64,000 bases of DNA from Eledone cirrhosa (GCA_964016885.1 OZ024740.1:421910001-421974000); one strand, 5' to 3'. Numbered from the stretch's first letter, positions 1 through 14,705 are shown. Program-made: numbers and translations. The notes: a model not told the origin generated them from the letters alone.

Positions 1-3000
1 GATATGGTCAGGTACTGGTCTAGGGGTTCTATAGCTGGAGATATGATCAGGTAGTGGTTGAGGGGTTCTATTGCTGGAGATATGATCAGGTACTGGTTGA
101 GGGGTTCTATTACTGGAGATATGGTCAGGTACTGCTTGAGGGGTGCTATTCCTGGAAATATGGTCAGGTACTGGTTGAGGGGTTCTATTGCTGGAGATAT
201 GGTCAGGTACTGGTCTAGTTCTATTGCTGGAGATATGATCAGGTACTGGTTGACGGGTTCTATTGCTGGAGATATTGTCAGGTAGTGGTCTAGGGGATTC
301 TATTGCTGGAGATATGATCAGGTACTGGTCGAGGGGTTCTATTACTGGAGATATGGTCAGGTACTGGTTGAGAGGTTCTATTGCTGCAGATATGATCAGG
401 TACTGGTTGAGGGGTTCTATTACTGGAGATATGGTCAGGTACTGCTTGAGGGGTGCTATTCCTGGAAATATGGTCAGGTACTGGTTGAGGGGTTCTATTG
501 CTGGAGATATGGTCAGGTACTGGTCTAGGGGTTCTATTGCTGGAGATATGATCAGGTACTGGTTGAGGGGTTCTATTGCTGGAGATATGATCAGGTACTG
601 GTCTAGGGGTTCTATTGCTGAAGATATGAACAGGTACTGGTCTAGGAGTTCTATTGCTGGAGATATGATCAGGTACTGTTGAGGGGTTCTATTGCTGGAG
701 ATATGATCAGGTACTGGTCTAGGGGTTCTATTGCTGAAGATATGAACAGGTACTGGTCTAGGAGTTCTGTTGCTGGAGATATGACCAGGTACTGGTCTAG
801 GGGTTATATTGCTGAAGATATGGTCAGGTACTGGTTGAGGGGTTCTATTGCTGGAGATATGATCAGGTACTGGTTGAGGGGTACTATTGCTGGAGATATG
901 GTCAGGTACTGGTTTATGGGTTCTATAGCTGGAGATATGATCATGTACTGGTCTAGGGGTTCTATTGCTGGAGATATGACCAGATAATGGTTGAGAGGTT
1001 CTATTGCTGGAGATATGATGAAGCACTGGTCTAGAGGTTCTATTGCTGAAGATATGATCAGGTACTGGTTGAGGGGTTCTATTGCGGGAGATATGGTCAG
1101 GTACTGGTTGAGGGGTTCTATTGCTGGAGATATGGTGAGGTACTGACTGAGGGGTTCTATTGCTGGAGATATGGTCAGGTACTGGTCTAGGGGTTCTATT
1201 GCTGGAGATATGGTCAGGTACTGGTTGAGGGGTTCTATTGCTGGAGATATGATTAGGTACTGGTTGAGGGGTTCTATTGCTGGAGATATGATCAGGTACT
1301 GGTTGAGGGGTTCTATTGCTGGAGATATGATCAGGTACTGGTCTAGGAGTTCTATTGCTGGAGATATGGTCAGGTACTGGTTGAGGGGTTCTATTGCTGT
1401 AGATATGGTCAGATACTGGTCTAGGAGTTCTATTGCTGGAGATATCAGGTACTGGTCTAGGGGTTCTATTGCTGGAGATATGGTCAGCTACTGGTCTAGG
1501 GGTTCTATTGCTGGAGATATGACCAGGTACTGGTTGAGGGGGTTCTATTGCTGGAGATATCAGCTACTGGTTTAGGGGTTCTATTGCTGGAGATATGGTC
1601 AGCTACTGGTCTAGGTGTTCTATTGCTGGAGATATGACCAGGTACTGATTGAGGGGGTTCTATTGCTGGAGATATGGTCAGTTACTGGTTGAGGGGTTCT
1701 ATTGCTGGAAATATGGTCAGGTACTGGTTGAGGGGTTCTATTGCTGGAGATATGGTCAGGTACTGGTCTAGGGGTTCTATTGCTGGAGATATGATCAGGT
1801 ACTGCTTGAGGGGTTCTATTGCTGGAGATATGACCTGGTACTGGTTGAGAGGTTCTATTGCTGGAGATATGATCAAGTACTGGTCTAGGGGTTCTATAGC
1901 TGGAGATATGGTCAGGTACTGGTTGAGGGGTTCTATTACTGGAGATATGGTCAGGTACTGGTTGTGGGGTTCTATTGCTGGAGATATGGTCAGGTACTGG
2001 TTGAGGGGTTCTATAGCTAGAGATATGGTCAGGTACTGGTCTAGGAGTTCTATTGCTGGAGATATGATCAGGTACTGGTTGAGGGGTTCTATTGCTGGAG
2101 ATATGGTCAGGTACTGGTTGAGGGGTTCTATAGCTAGAGATATGGTCAGGTACTGGTCTAGTTCTATTGCTGGAGATATGATCAGGTACTGGTTGAGGGG
2201 TTCTATTGCTGGAGATATTGTCAGGTAGTGGTCTAGGGGATTCTATTGCTGGAGATATGATCAGGTACTGGTCGAGGGGTTCTATTACTGGAGATATGGT
2301 CAGGTACTGGTTGAGGGGTTCTATTGCTGCAGATATGATCAGGTACTGGTTGAGGGGTTCTATTACTGGAGATATGGTCAGGTACTGGTTGAGGGGTGCT
2401 ATTCCTGGAAATATGGTCAGGTACTGGTTGAGGGGTTCTATTGCTGGAGATATGGTCAGGTACTGGTCTAGGGGTTCTATTGCTGGAGATATGATCAGGT
2501 ACTGGTTGAGGGGTTCTATTGCTGGAGATATGATCAGGTACTGGTCTAGGGGTTCTATAGCTGGAGATATGATCAGGTACTGGTCTAGGGGTTCTATTGC
2601 TGGAGATATGACCAGGTACTGGTTGAGAGGTTCTATTGCTGGAGATCTGATCATCAAGTACTGGTCTAGGGGTTCTATTGCTGGAGATATGGTCAGGTAC
2701 TGGTTGAGGGGTTCCATTGCTGGAGATATGGTCAGGTACTGGTCTAGGGGTTCTATTGCTGGAGATATGTTTAGGTACTGGTTGAAAGGTTCTATTGCTG
2801 GAGATATGATCAAATACTGGTCTAGGGGTTCTATAACTGTAGATATGGTCAGGTACTTGCTGAGGGGTTCTATTGCTGGAGACATGATCATGTACTGGTT
2901 GATGGGTTCTATTGCTGGAGATATGATCAGGTACTGGTCTAGGGGTTCTAATGCTGAAGATATGAACAGGTACTGGTCTAGGAGTTCTATTGCTGGAGAT

Positions 3001-6000
3001 ATGATCAGGTACTGTTGAGGGGTTCTGTTGCTGGAGATATGACCAGGTACTGGTCTAGGGGTTATATTGCTGAAGATATGGTCAGGTACTGGTTTATGGG
3101 TTCTATTGCTGGAGATATGATCAGGTACTGGTTGAGGGGTACTATTGCTGGAGATATGGTCAGGTACTGGTTTATGGGTTCTATAGCTGGAGATATGATA
3201 ATGTACTGGTCTAGGGGTTTTATTGCTGGAGATATGACCAGATACTGGTTGAGAGGTTCTATTGCTGGAGATATGATGAAGCACTGGTCTAGGGGTTCTA
3301 TTGCTGAAGATATGATCAGGTACTGGTTGAGGGGTTCTATTGCTGGAGATATGGTCAGGTACTGGTTGAGAGGTTCTATTGCTGGAGATCTGATCAGGTA
3401 CTGGTTGAGGGGTTCTATTGCTGGAGATATGGTCAGGTACTGGTCTAGGGGTTCTATTGCTGGAGATATGGTCAGGTACTGGTTGAGGGGTTCTATTGCT
3501 GGAGATATGATTAGGTACTGGTTGAGGGGTTCTATTGCTGGAGATATGATCATGTACTGGTCTAGGGGTTCTATTGCTGGAGATATGGTCAGGTACTGGT
3601 TGAGGGGTTCTATTGCTGGAGATATGATCAGGTACTGGTCTAGGAGTTCTATTGCTGGAGATATGGTCAGGTACTGGTTGAGGGGTTCTATTGCTGTAGA
3701 TATGGTCAGATACTGGTCTAGGAGTTCTATTGCTGGAGATATCAGGTACTGGTCTAGGGGTTCTATTGCTGGAGATATGGTCAGCTACTGGTCTAGGGGT
3801 TCTATTGCTGGAGATATGACCAGGTACTGGTTGAGGGGGTTCTATTGCTGGAGATATCAGCTACTGGTTGAGGGGTTCTATTGCTGGAGATATGGTCAGC
3901 TACTGGTCTAGGTGTTCTATTGCTGGAGATATGACCAGGTACTGGTTGAGGGGGTTCTATTGCTGGAGATATGGTCAGTTACTGGTTGAGGGGTTCTATT
4001 GCTGGAAATATGGTCAGGTACTGGTTGAGGGGTTCTATTGCTGGAGATATGGTCAGGTACTGGTCTAGGGGTTCTATTGCTGGAGATATGATCAGGTACT
4101 GCTTGAGGGGTTCTATTGCTGGAGATATGACCTGGTACTGGTTGAGAGGTTCTATTGCTGGAGATATGATCAAGTACTGGTCTAGGGGTTCTATAGCTGG
4201 AGATATGGTCAGGTACTGGTTGAGGGGTTCTATTACTGGAGATATGGTCAGGTACTGGTTGTGGGGTTCTATTGCTGGAGATATGGTCAGGTACTGGTTG
4301 AGGGGTTCTATAGCTAGAGATATGGTCAGGTACTGGTCTAGGAGTTCTATTGCTGGAGATATGATCAGGTACTGGTTGAGGGGTTCTATTGCTGGAGATA
4401 TGGTCAGGTACTGGTTGAGGGGTTCTATAGCTAGAGATATGGTCAGGTACTGGTCTAGTTCTATTGCTGGAGATATGATCAGGTACTGGTTGAGGGGTTC
4501 TATTGCTGGAGATATTGTCAGGTAGTGGTCTAGGGGATTCTATTGCTGGAGATATGATCAGGTACTGGTCGAGGGGTTCTATTACTGGAGATATGGTCAG
4601 GTACTGGTTGAGGGGTTCTATTGCTGCAGATATGATCAGGTACTGGTTGAGGGGTTCTATTACTGGAGATATGGTCAGGTACTGGTTGAGGGGTGCTATT
4701 CCTGGAAATATGGTCAGGTACTGGTTGAGGGGTTCTATTGCTGGAGATATGGTCAGGTACTGGTCTAGGGGTTCTATTGCTGGAGATATGATCAGGTACT
4801 GGTTGAGGGGTTCTATTGCTGGAGATATGATCAGGTACTGGTCTAGGGGTTCTATAGCTGGAGATATGATCAGGTACTGGTCTAGGGGTTCTATTGCTGG
4901 AGATATGACCAGGTACTGGTTGAGAGGTTCTATTGCTGGAGATCTGATCATCAAGTACTGGTCTAGGGGTTCTATTGCTGGAGATATGGTCAGGTACTGG
5001 TTGAGGGGTTCCATTGCTGGAGATATGGTCAGGTACTGGTCTAGGGGTTCTATTGCTGGAGATATGTTTAGGTACTGGTTGAAAGGTTCTATTGCTGGAG
5101 ATATGATCAAATACTGGTCTAGGGGTTCTATAACTGTAGATATGGTCAGGTACTTGCTGTGGGGTTCTATTGCTGGAGACATGATCATGTACTGGTTGAT
5201 GGGTTCTATTGCTGGAGATATGATCAGGTACTGGTCTAGGGGTTCTAATGCTGAAGATATGAACAGGTACTGGTCTAGGAGTTCTATTGCTGGAGATATG
5301 ATCAGGTACTGTTGAGGGGTTCTGTTGCTGGAGATATGACCAGGTACTGGTCTAGGGGTTATATTGCTGAAGATATGGTCAGGTACTGGTTTATGGGTTC
5401 TATTGCTGGAGATATGATCAGGTACTGGTTGAGGGGTACTATTGCTGGAGATATGGTCAGGTACTGGTTTATGGGTTCTATAGCTGGAGATATGATAATG
5501 TACTGGTCTAGGGGTTTTATTGCTGGAGATATGACCAGATACTGGTTGAGAGGTTCTATTGCTGGAGATATGATGAAGCACTGGTCTAGGGGTTCTATTG
5601 CTGAAGGTACTGGTTGAGGGGTTCTATTGCTGGAGATATGGTCAGGTACTGGTTGAGAGGTTCTATTGCTGGAGATCTGATCAGGTACTGGTTGAGGGGT
5701 TCTATTGCTGGAGATATGGTCAGGTACTGGTCTAGGGGTTCTATTGCTGGAGATATGGTCAAGTACTGGTTGAGGGGTTCTATTGCTGGAGATATGATTA
5801 GGTACTGGTTGAGGGGTTCTATTGCTGGAGATATGATCAGGTACTGGTCTAAGGGTTCTATTGCTGGAGATATGGTCAGGTACTGGTTGAGGGGTTCTAT
5901 TGCTGGAGATATGATCAGGTACTGGTCTAGGGGTTCTATTGCTGGAGATATGGTCAGGTACTGGTCTAGGGGTTCTATTGCTGGAGATATGATCAGGTGC

Positions 6001-9000
6001 TGGCTGAGGAGTTCTATTGCTGGAGATATGGTCAGGTACTGGTTGAGGGGTTCTATTGCTGTAGATATGGTCAGATACTGGTCTAGGAGTTCTATTGCTG
6101 GAGATATCAGGTACTGGTCTAGGGGTTCTATTGCAGGAGATATGGTCAGCTACTGGTCTAGGGGTTCTATTGCTGGAGATATGACCAGGTACTGGTTGAG
6201 GGGGTTCTATTGCTGGAGATATCAGGTACTGGTCTAGGTTCTATTGCTGGAGATATGGTCAGCTACTGGTCTAGGGGTTCTATTGCTAGAGATATGACCA
6301 GGTACTGGTTGAGGGGGTTCTATTGCTGGAGATATCAGGTACTGGTCTACGGGTTCTATTGCTGGAGATATAGTCAGCTACTGGTCTAGGGGTTCTATTG
6401 CTGGAGATATGGTCAGGTACTGGTTGAAGGGTTATATTGCTGGAGATATGGTCAGGTACTGGTTGAAGGGTTCTATTGCTGGAGATATGATCAGGTACTG
6501 GTTGAGGGTTTCTATTGCTGGAGATATGGTCAGGTACTGGTCTAGGGGTTCTATTGATGGAGATGTGACCAGGTACTGGTCTAGGGGTTCTATTGCTGGA
6601 GATATGGTCAAGTACTGGTCTAGGGGTTCTATAGCTGAAGATATGGTCAGGTACTGGTCTAGGGGTTCTATAGCTGGATATAGGGTCAGGTACTGGTCTA
6701 GGGGTTCTATTGCTGGAGATATGATCAGGTACTGGTTTAGGGGTTGTATTGCTGGAGATCTGATCAGGTACTGGTTGAGGGGTTCTATAGCTGGAGATAT
6801 GGTCTGGTACTGGTCTAGGGGTTCTATTGCTGGAGATATGATCAGGTACTGCTTTAGGGGTTCTATTGTTGGAGATATGTTCAGGTACTGGTTGAGAGGT
6901 TCTATTGCTGGAGATATGATCAGGTACTGGGCTAGGGGTTCTATTGCTGGAGATATGATCAGGTACTGGTCTAGGGGTTCTATTGCAGGAGATATGATCA
7001 GGTACTGGTCTAGGAGTTCTATTGCTGGAGATATGGTCAAGTACTGGTCTAGGAGTTCTATTGCTGGAGATATGATCAGGTACTGGTCTAGGGGTTCTAT
7101 TGCTGGAGATATGATCAGGTACTGGTCTAGGAGTTCTATTGCTGGAGATATCAGGTACTGGTCTAGGGGTTCTATTGCTGGAGATATGGTCAGCTACTGG
7201 TCTAGGGGTTCTATTGCTGGAGATATGATCAGGTACTGCTCTAGGGGTTCTATTGTTGGAGATATGTTAAGGTACTGGTTGAGAGGTTCTATTGCTGGAG
7301 ATATGATCAGGTACTGGTTGAGGGGTTCTATTGCTGGAGATATGGTCAGGTACTGGGCTAGGGGTTCTATTGCTGGAGATATGATCAGGTACTGGTCTAG
7401 GGGTTCTATTGCTGGAGATATGGTCAGGTACTGGTCTAGGAGTTCTATTGCTGGAGATATGATCAGGTACTGGTCTAGGAGTTCTATTGCTGGAGATATG
7501 ATCTGGTACTGGTTGAGGGGTTCTATTGCTGGAGATATGGTCAGGTACTGGGTGAGGGGTTCTATTGCTGGAGATATGGTCAGGTACTGGTTGAGGGGTT
7601 CTATTGCTGGAGATATGGTCAGATACTGGTCTAGGAGTTCTATTGCTGGAGATATCAGGTACTGGTCTAGGGGTTCTATTGCTGGAGATATGGTCAGCTA
7701 CTGGTCTAGGGGTTCTATTGCTGGAGATATGATCAGGTACTGCTCTAAGGGTTCTATTGTTGGAGATATGTTCAGGTACTGGTTGAGAGGTTCTATTGCT
7801 GGAGATATGATCAGGTACTGGTTGAGGGGTTCTATTGCTGGAGATATGGTCAGGTACTGGGCTAGGGGTTCTATTGCTGGAGATATGATCAGGTACTGGT
7901 CTAGGGGTTCTATTGCTGGAGATATGGTCAGGTACTGGTTGAGGGGTTCTATTGCTGGAGATATGGTCAGGTACTGGTTGAGGGGTTCTATTGCTGGAGA
8001 TATGACCTGGTACTGGTCTAGGGGTTCTATTGCTGGAGATATGGTCAGGTACTGGTCTAGGGGTTCTATTGCTGGAGATATGATCAGGTGCTGGCTGAGG
8101 AGTTCTATTGCTGGAGATATGGTCAGGTACTGGTTGAGGGGTTCTATTGCAGTAGATATGGTCAGATACTGGTCTAGGAGTTCTATTGCTGGAGATATCA
8201 GGTACGGGTCTAGGGGTTCTATTGCTGGAGATATGACCAGGTACTGGTTGAGGGGTTCTATTGCTGGAGATATCAGGTACTGGTCTAGGTTCTATTGCTG
8301 GAGATATGGTCAGCTACTGGTCTAGGGGTTCTATTGCTAGAGATATGACCAGGTACTGGTTGAGGGGGTTCTATTGCTGGAGATATCAGGTACTGGTCTA
8401 CGGGTTCTATTGCTGGAGATATAGTCAGCTACTGGTCTAGGGGTTCTATTGCTGGAGATATGGTCAGGTACTGGTTGAGGGGTTATATTGCTGGAGATAT
8501 GGTCAGGTACTGGTTGAAGGGTTCTATTGCTGGAGATATGATCAGGTACTGGTTGAGGGTTTCTATTGCTGGAGATATGGTCAGGTACTGGTCTAGGGGT
8601 TCTATTGCAGGAGATATGGTCAGGTACTGGTCTAGGAGTTCTATTGCTGGAGATATGGTCAAGTACAGGTCTAGCAGTTCTATTGCTGGAGATATGGTCA
8701 GGTACTGGTTGAGGGGTTCTATTACTGGAGATATGGTCAGGTACTGGTTGAGGGGTTCTATTGCTGGAGATATGGTCAAGTACTGGTCTAGGGGTTCTAT
8801 TGTTGGAGATATGTTCAGGTACTGGTTGAGAGGTTCTATTGCTGGAGATATGATCAGGTACTGGGCTAGGGGTTCTATTGCTGGAGATATGATCAGGTAC
8901 TGGTCTAGGGGTTCTATTGCAGGAGATATGGTCAGGTACTGGTCTAGGAGTTCTATTGCTGGAGATATGGTCAAGTACTGGTCTAGGAGTTCTATTGCTG

Positions 9001-12000
9001 GAGATATGATCAGGTACTGGTCTAGGAGTTCTATTGCTGGAGATATGACCAGGTACTGGTTGAGGGGGTTCTATTGCTGGAGATATCAGGTACTGGTCTA
9101 GGGGTTCTATTGCTGGAGATATGGTCAGGTACTGGTTGAGGGGTTCTATTGCTGGAGATATGATTAGGTACTGGTCTAGGAGTTCTATTGCTGGAGATAT
9201 GGTCAGGGACTGGTGGAGGGGTTCTATTGCTGTAGATATGGTCAGATACTGGTCTAGGAGTTCTATTGCTGGAGATATGGTCAAGTACTGGTCTAGGGGT
9301 TCTATTGCTGGAGATATGGTCAGCTACTGGTCTAGGGGTTCTATTGCTGGAGATATGACCAGGTACTGGTTGAGGGGGTTCTATTGCTGGAGATATGATC
9401 AGGTACTGGTTGAGGGTTTCTATTGCTGGAGATATGGTCAGGTACTGGGCTAGGGGTTCTATTGCTGGAGATATGACCAGGTACTGGTCTAGGGGTTCTA
9501 TTGCTGGAGATATGGTCAAGTACTTGTCTAGGGTTTCCATAGCTGAAGATATGGTCAGGTACTGGTTGAGGGGGTTCTATTGCTGGAGATATGGTCAGGT
9601 ACTGGTCTAGGGGTTCTATTGCTGGAGATATGACCAGGTACTGATTGAGGGGGTTCTATTGCTGGAGATATGGTCAAGTACTGGTCTAAGGATTCTATAG
9701 CTGGATATATGGTCAGGTACTCGTCTCGGGGTTCTATTGCTGGAGATATGATCAGGTACTGGTTGAGGGGGTTCTATTGCTGGAGATATGGTCAGTTACT
9801 GGTCTAGGGGTTCTATTGCTGGAGATATGGTCAGGTACTGGTTGAGGGGTTCTATTGCTGGAGATATGATTAGGTACTGGTCTAGGAGTTCTATTGCTGG
9901 AGATATGGTCAGGGACTGGTGGAGGGGTTCTATTGCTGTAGATATGGTCAGATACTGGTTGAGGGGTTCTATAGCTGGAGATATGGTCAGGTACTGGTTG
10001 AGGGGTTCTATAGCTGGAGATATGGTCAGGTACTGGTCTAGGAGTTCTATTGCTGGAGATATGGTCAGGTACTGGTTGAGGGGTTCTATTGCTGTAGATA
10101 TGGTCAGATACTGGTCTAGGAGTTCTATTGCTGGAGATATCAGGTACTGGTCTAGCGGTTCTATTGCTGGAGATATGGTCAGCTACTGGTCTAGGGGTTC
10201 TATTGCTGGAGATATGACCAGGTACTGGTTGAGGGGGTTCTATTGCTGGAGATATCAGGTACTGGTCTAGGGGTTCTATTGCTGGAGATATGATCAGGTA
10301 CTGGTCTAGGGGTTCTATTGCTGCAGATATGGTCAGGTACTGGTCTAGGAGTTCTATTGCTGGAGATATGATCAGGTACTGGTCTAGGAGTTCTATTGCT
10401 GGAGATATGACCAGGTACTGGTTGAGGGGGTTCTATTGCTGGAGATATCAGGTACTGGTCTAGGGGTTCTATTGCTGGAGATATGGTCAGGTACTGGTTG
10501 AGGGGTTCTATTGCTGGAGATATGATTAGGTACTGGTTGAGGGGTTCTATTGCTGGAGATATGGTCAGGTACTGGTTGAGGGGTTCTATTGCTGGAGATA
10601 TGATCAGGTACTGGTCTAGGAGTTCTATTGCTGGAGATATCAGGTACTGGTCTAGCGGTTCTATTGCTGGAGATATGGTCAGCTACTGGTCTAGGAGTTC
10701 TATTGCTGGAGATATCAGGTACTGGTCTAGCGGTTCTATTGCTGGAGATATGGTCAGCTACTGGTCTAGGGGTTCTATTGCTGGAGATATGACCAGGTAC
10801 TGGTTGAGGGGGTTCTATTGCTGGAGATATCAGGTACTGGTCTAGGGGTTCTATTGCTGGAGATATGATCAGGTACTGGTCTAGGGGTTCTATTGCTGCA
10901 GATATGGTCAGGTACTGGTCTAGGAGTTCTATTGCTGGAGATATGATCAGGTACTGGTCTAGGAGTTCTATTGCTGGAGATATGACCAGGTACTGGTTGA
11001 GGGGGTTCTATTGCTGGAGATATCAGGTACTGGTCTAGGGGTTCTATTGCTGGAGATATGGTCAGGTACTGGTTGAGGGGTTCTATTGCTGGAGATATGA
11101 TTAGGTACTGGTTGAGGGGTTCTATTGCTGGAGATATGGTCAGGTACTGGTTGAGGGGTTCTATTGCTGGAGATATGATCAGGTACTGGTCTAGGAGTTC
11201 TATTGCTGGAGATATGGTCAGGGACTGGTGGAGGGGTTCTATTGCTGTAGATATGGTCAGATACTGGTCTAGGAGTTCTATTGCTGGAGATATCAGTTAC
11301 TGGTCTAGGGGTTCTATTGCTGGAGATATGGTCAGCTACTGGTCTAGGGGTTCTATTGCTGGAGATATGATCAGGTACTGGTTGAAGGGTTCTATTGCTG
11401 GAGATATGATCAGGTACTGGTTGAGGGTTTCTATTGCTGGAGATATGGTCAGGTACTGGTCTAGGGGTTCTATTGATGGAGATATGACCAGGTACTGGTC
11501 TAGGGCTTCTATTGCTGGAGATATGGTCAAGTACTTGTCTAGGGTTTCCATAGCTGAAGATATGGTCAGGTACTGGTTGAGGGGTTCTATTGCTGGAGAT
11601 ATGATCAGGTACTGGTCTCGGGATTCTATTGCTGAAGATATGATCAGGTACTGGTCTAGGGGTTCTATTGCTGGAGATATGGTCAAGTACTGGTCTAGGG
11701 GCTCTATAGCTGAAGATATGGTCAGGTACTGGTTGAGGGGTTCTATTGCTGGAGACATGATCAGGTACTGGTCTCGGGGTTCTATTGCTGGAGATATGAT
11801 CAGGTACTGGTCTAGGGGTTCTATTGCTGGAGATTTGGTCAAGTACTGGTCTAGGGATTCTATAGCTGGATATATGGTCAGGTACTGGTCTCGGGGTTCT
11901 ATTGCTGGAGATATGATCAGGTACTGGTTGAGGGGTTGTATTGCTGGAGATATGATCAGGTACTAGTTGAGGGGTTCTATTGCTGGAGATATGGCCAGGT

Positions 12001-13670
12001 ACTGGTTGAGGGGTTCTATAGCTGGAGATATGGTCAGGTACTGGTCTAGGTGTTCTATTGCTGGAGATATGGTCAGGTACTGGTTGAGGGGTTCTATTGC
12101 TGGAGATATGATTAGGTACTGGTTGAGGGGTTCTATTGCTGGAGATATGGTCAGGTACTGGTTGAAGGGTTGTATTGCTGGAGATATCAGCTACTGGTCT
12201 AGGGGTTCTATTGCTGGAGATATGGTCAGGTACTGGTTGAGGGGTTCTATTGCTGGAGATATGATCAGGTACTGGTCTAGGAGTTCTATTGCTGGAGATA
12301 TGGTCAGGTACTGGTTGAGGGGTTCTATTGCTGTAGATATGGTCAGATACTGGTCTAGGAGTTCTATTGCTGGAGATATCAGGTACTGGTCTAGCGGTTC
12401 TATTGCTGGAGATATGGTCAGCTAGTGGTCTAGGGGTTCTATTGCTGGAGATATGACCAGGTACTGGTTGAGGGGGTTCTATTGCTGGAGATATGGTCAG
12501 GTACTGGTTGAGGGGTTCTATTGATGGAGATATGACCAGGTACTGGTTGAGGGGGTTCTATTGCTGGAGATATGGTCAGGTACTGGTTGAGGGGTTCTAT
12601 TGCTGGAGATATGGTCAGGTACTGGTTGAGGGGTTCTATTGCTGGAGATATGGTCAGGTACTGGTCTAAGAGTTCTATTGCTGGAGATATGGTCAGGTAC
12701 TGGTTGAAGGGTTCTATTGCTGGAGATATGATCAGGTACTGGTTGAGGGTTTCTATTGCTGGAGATATGGTCAGGTACTGGTCTAGGGGTTCTCTTGATG
12801 GAGATATGACCAGGTACTGGTCTAGGGGTTCTATTGCTGGAGATATGGTCAAGTACTTGTCTAGGGTTTCTATAGCTGAAGATATGGTCAGGTACTGGTC
12901 TCGGGATTCTATTGCTGAAGATATGATCAGGTACTGGTCTAGGGGTTCTATAGCTGGATATATGGTCAGGTACTGGTCTCGGGGTTCTATTGCTGGAGAT
13001 ATGATCAGGTACTGGTTGAGGAGTTGTATTGCTGGAGATATGATCAGGTACTGGTTGAGGGGTTCTATTGCTGGAGATATGATCAGGTACTGGTTGAGGG
13101 GTTCTATAGCTGGAGATATGGTCAGGTACTGGTCTAGGGGTTCTATTGCTGGAGATATGATCAGGTACTGGTTGAGGGGTTCTATAGCTGGAGATATGAT
13201 CAGGTACTGGTTGAGGGGTTCTATAGCTGGAGATATGGTCAGGTACTGGTCTAGGGGTTCTATTGCTGGAGATATGATCAGGTACTGCTCTAGGGGTTCT
13301 ATAGCTGGAGATATGGTCAGGTACTGGTCTAGGGGTTCTATAGCTGGAGATATGATCAGGTACTGGTTGAGGGGTTCTATAGCTGGAGATATGATCAGGT
13401 ACTGGTTGAGGGGTTCTATAGCTGGAGATATGGTCAGGTACTGGTCTAGGGGTTCTATTGCTGGAGATATGATCAGGTACTGCTCTAGGGGTTCTATAGC
13501 TGGATATATGGTCAGGTACTGGTCTAGGGGTTCTATTGCTGGAGATATGATCAGGTACTGGTCGAGGGGTTCTATTGCTGGAGATATGATCAGATCCAGG
13601 ATAAGGGTGTTTATTGCCAAAGACATGGTCAGAATAGTCAAGGGGTTCTATATCTGAAGACATGATCAGA
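1..13670. repeat. Satellite array 1, 39-bp unit GATATG(G/A)TCAGGTACTGGT(TG/CT)AGGGGTTCTATTGCTGGA, about 350 copies, runs off the window start
   Basis: Tandem periodicity read directly; 13-aa repeats in the ORF track; degenerate units at 13590-13670; marker variants recur at a 2297-bp offset (2206 vs 4503; 1620 vs 3917). Confidence 0.98.
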
Positions 13671-13860
13671 TCCTCAAAACTATCATTGAACCAATCAGTT
13701 ACAGGATCAAAGACTACACAAATATGCTACAGCTAGGGAAACCATGTTTGTTAAGTCAAGGGGGAGGAAAACGGCTAAAGACCCAAGAACTGCTGAGTTG
13801 ATTTGACTGCCATGACATAAGAAGACTGGGTGATATGTATGTGTGTGAGTGCATTTATAT

Positions 13861-14135
13861 ATCATCATCATTGTTTAACGTCTATCTTCCACGTTAGCAT
13901 GAGTTAGGTGGGAGTTGTCTCACTTGAGGCAAGATTGGTCGGGAGACCGTGTCTCGCTTGTATAGGACTATCTGGCAGGTTTTCTACGGCTAGATGCCCT
14001 TCCTAACACCAACTACATTTACAGTGTGGCCTGGCAACTTTTTGCCGTGTTACCTACACGGCCACATTACAGCATGGACTGTGATTTTTTTTTGTCGTGA
14101 CACCTACACGATCTCATTAGTTTGGACTGGATGTT
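13861..14135 (-). mobile_element. RTE LINE 3'UTR fragment with (GAT)n tail
   Basis: Matches the 3' ends of the long RTE copies; reads CATCATCAT..TTTAACGTC on the + strand. Confidence 0.85.
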
Positions 14136-14241
14136 ATATATATATGAACAGATACATAGCCAATACTTGGACTTTGACGAAGCACCAAGGGGATAAAATT
14201 AATATAAAGAGTGGTGTGTTCATGTGCGGAGATGATATAAA

Positions 14242-14307
14242 ATAGGGTGAACACACTTTGAGACTGAAAAAGAACTTCTTTTTCAGTCTCAAGGGGTTTC
14301 ACCCTAT
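14242..14307. other. Near-perfect hairpin / inverted repeat
   Basis: ATAGGGTGAA..TTGAGACTGAAAAAGAA-C-TTCTTTTTCAGTCTCAA..TTCACCCTAT. Confidence 0.85.
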
Positions 14308-14366
14308 CTTATAAGCTATTTTCTAGCATCTCTGCATATGAGCACACCAGACTTTATATATATATA

Positions 14367-14705
14367 CATGGCTTAGTGGTTAGAGCATTGGCCTTGCAAT
14401 CGAAAGGTTGTGAGTTCAATTCTCAGACTGGGTGATGTGTTGTTTCCTTGAGCAAGACACTTTATTTCACATTGCTCCAGTTTACTCAGCTGTAGAAATG
14501 AGATGATAGGGACTGGGGTCCCTATCATTCCACTGTAAAGTGGTCGTGGAGGTGCCACGGCAAAAAAGCACCCAGCACTCACTGTAAATGAGGTTGGTGT
14601 TAGGAAGGGCATCCAGCTGTAGAAATCAAGCCAGAATCAGTTCCCGTCCCATCCTTGCAAGCAGGGAAAAAGCGGACGTAAAATGAAATGATGATGAAAT
14701 GATGA
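14367..14705 (+). mobile_element. tRNA-derived SINE family 1 with RTE-type 3' tail
   Basis: A-box-like TGGCTTAGTGG and B-box-like GAGTTCAATTC; 3' module GGTGTTAGGAAGGGCATCCAGCTGTAGAAA shared with the RTE 3'UTR; ATG/GAT tail; further copies at 38333 and 45296. Confidence 0.88.

Noticed and set aside
1-13657. Long ORFs of MVRYWLRGSIAGD, ISPAIEPLDQYLT and HISSNRTPRPVPD repeats
   Set aside because: Several frames on both strands are open only because the 39-bp unit lacks stops, and 1-nt indels break them. Only the array-edge frame is kept, as a hypothesis.
14367-14445. tRNA genes at SINE heads
   Set aside because: A/B boxes are present but the anticodon and acceptor stems do not pair, and the heads continue into SINE bodies.
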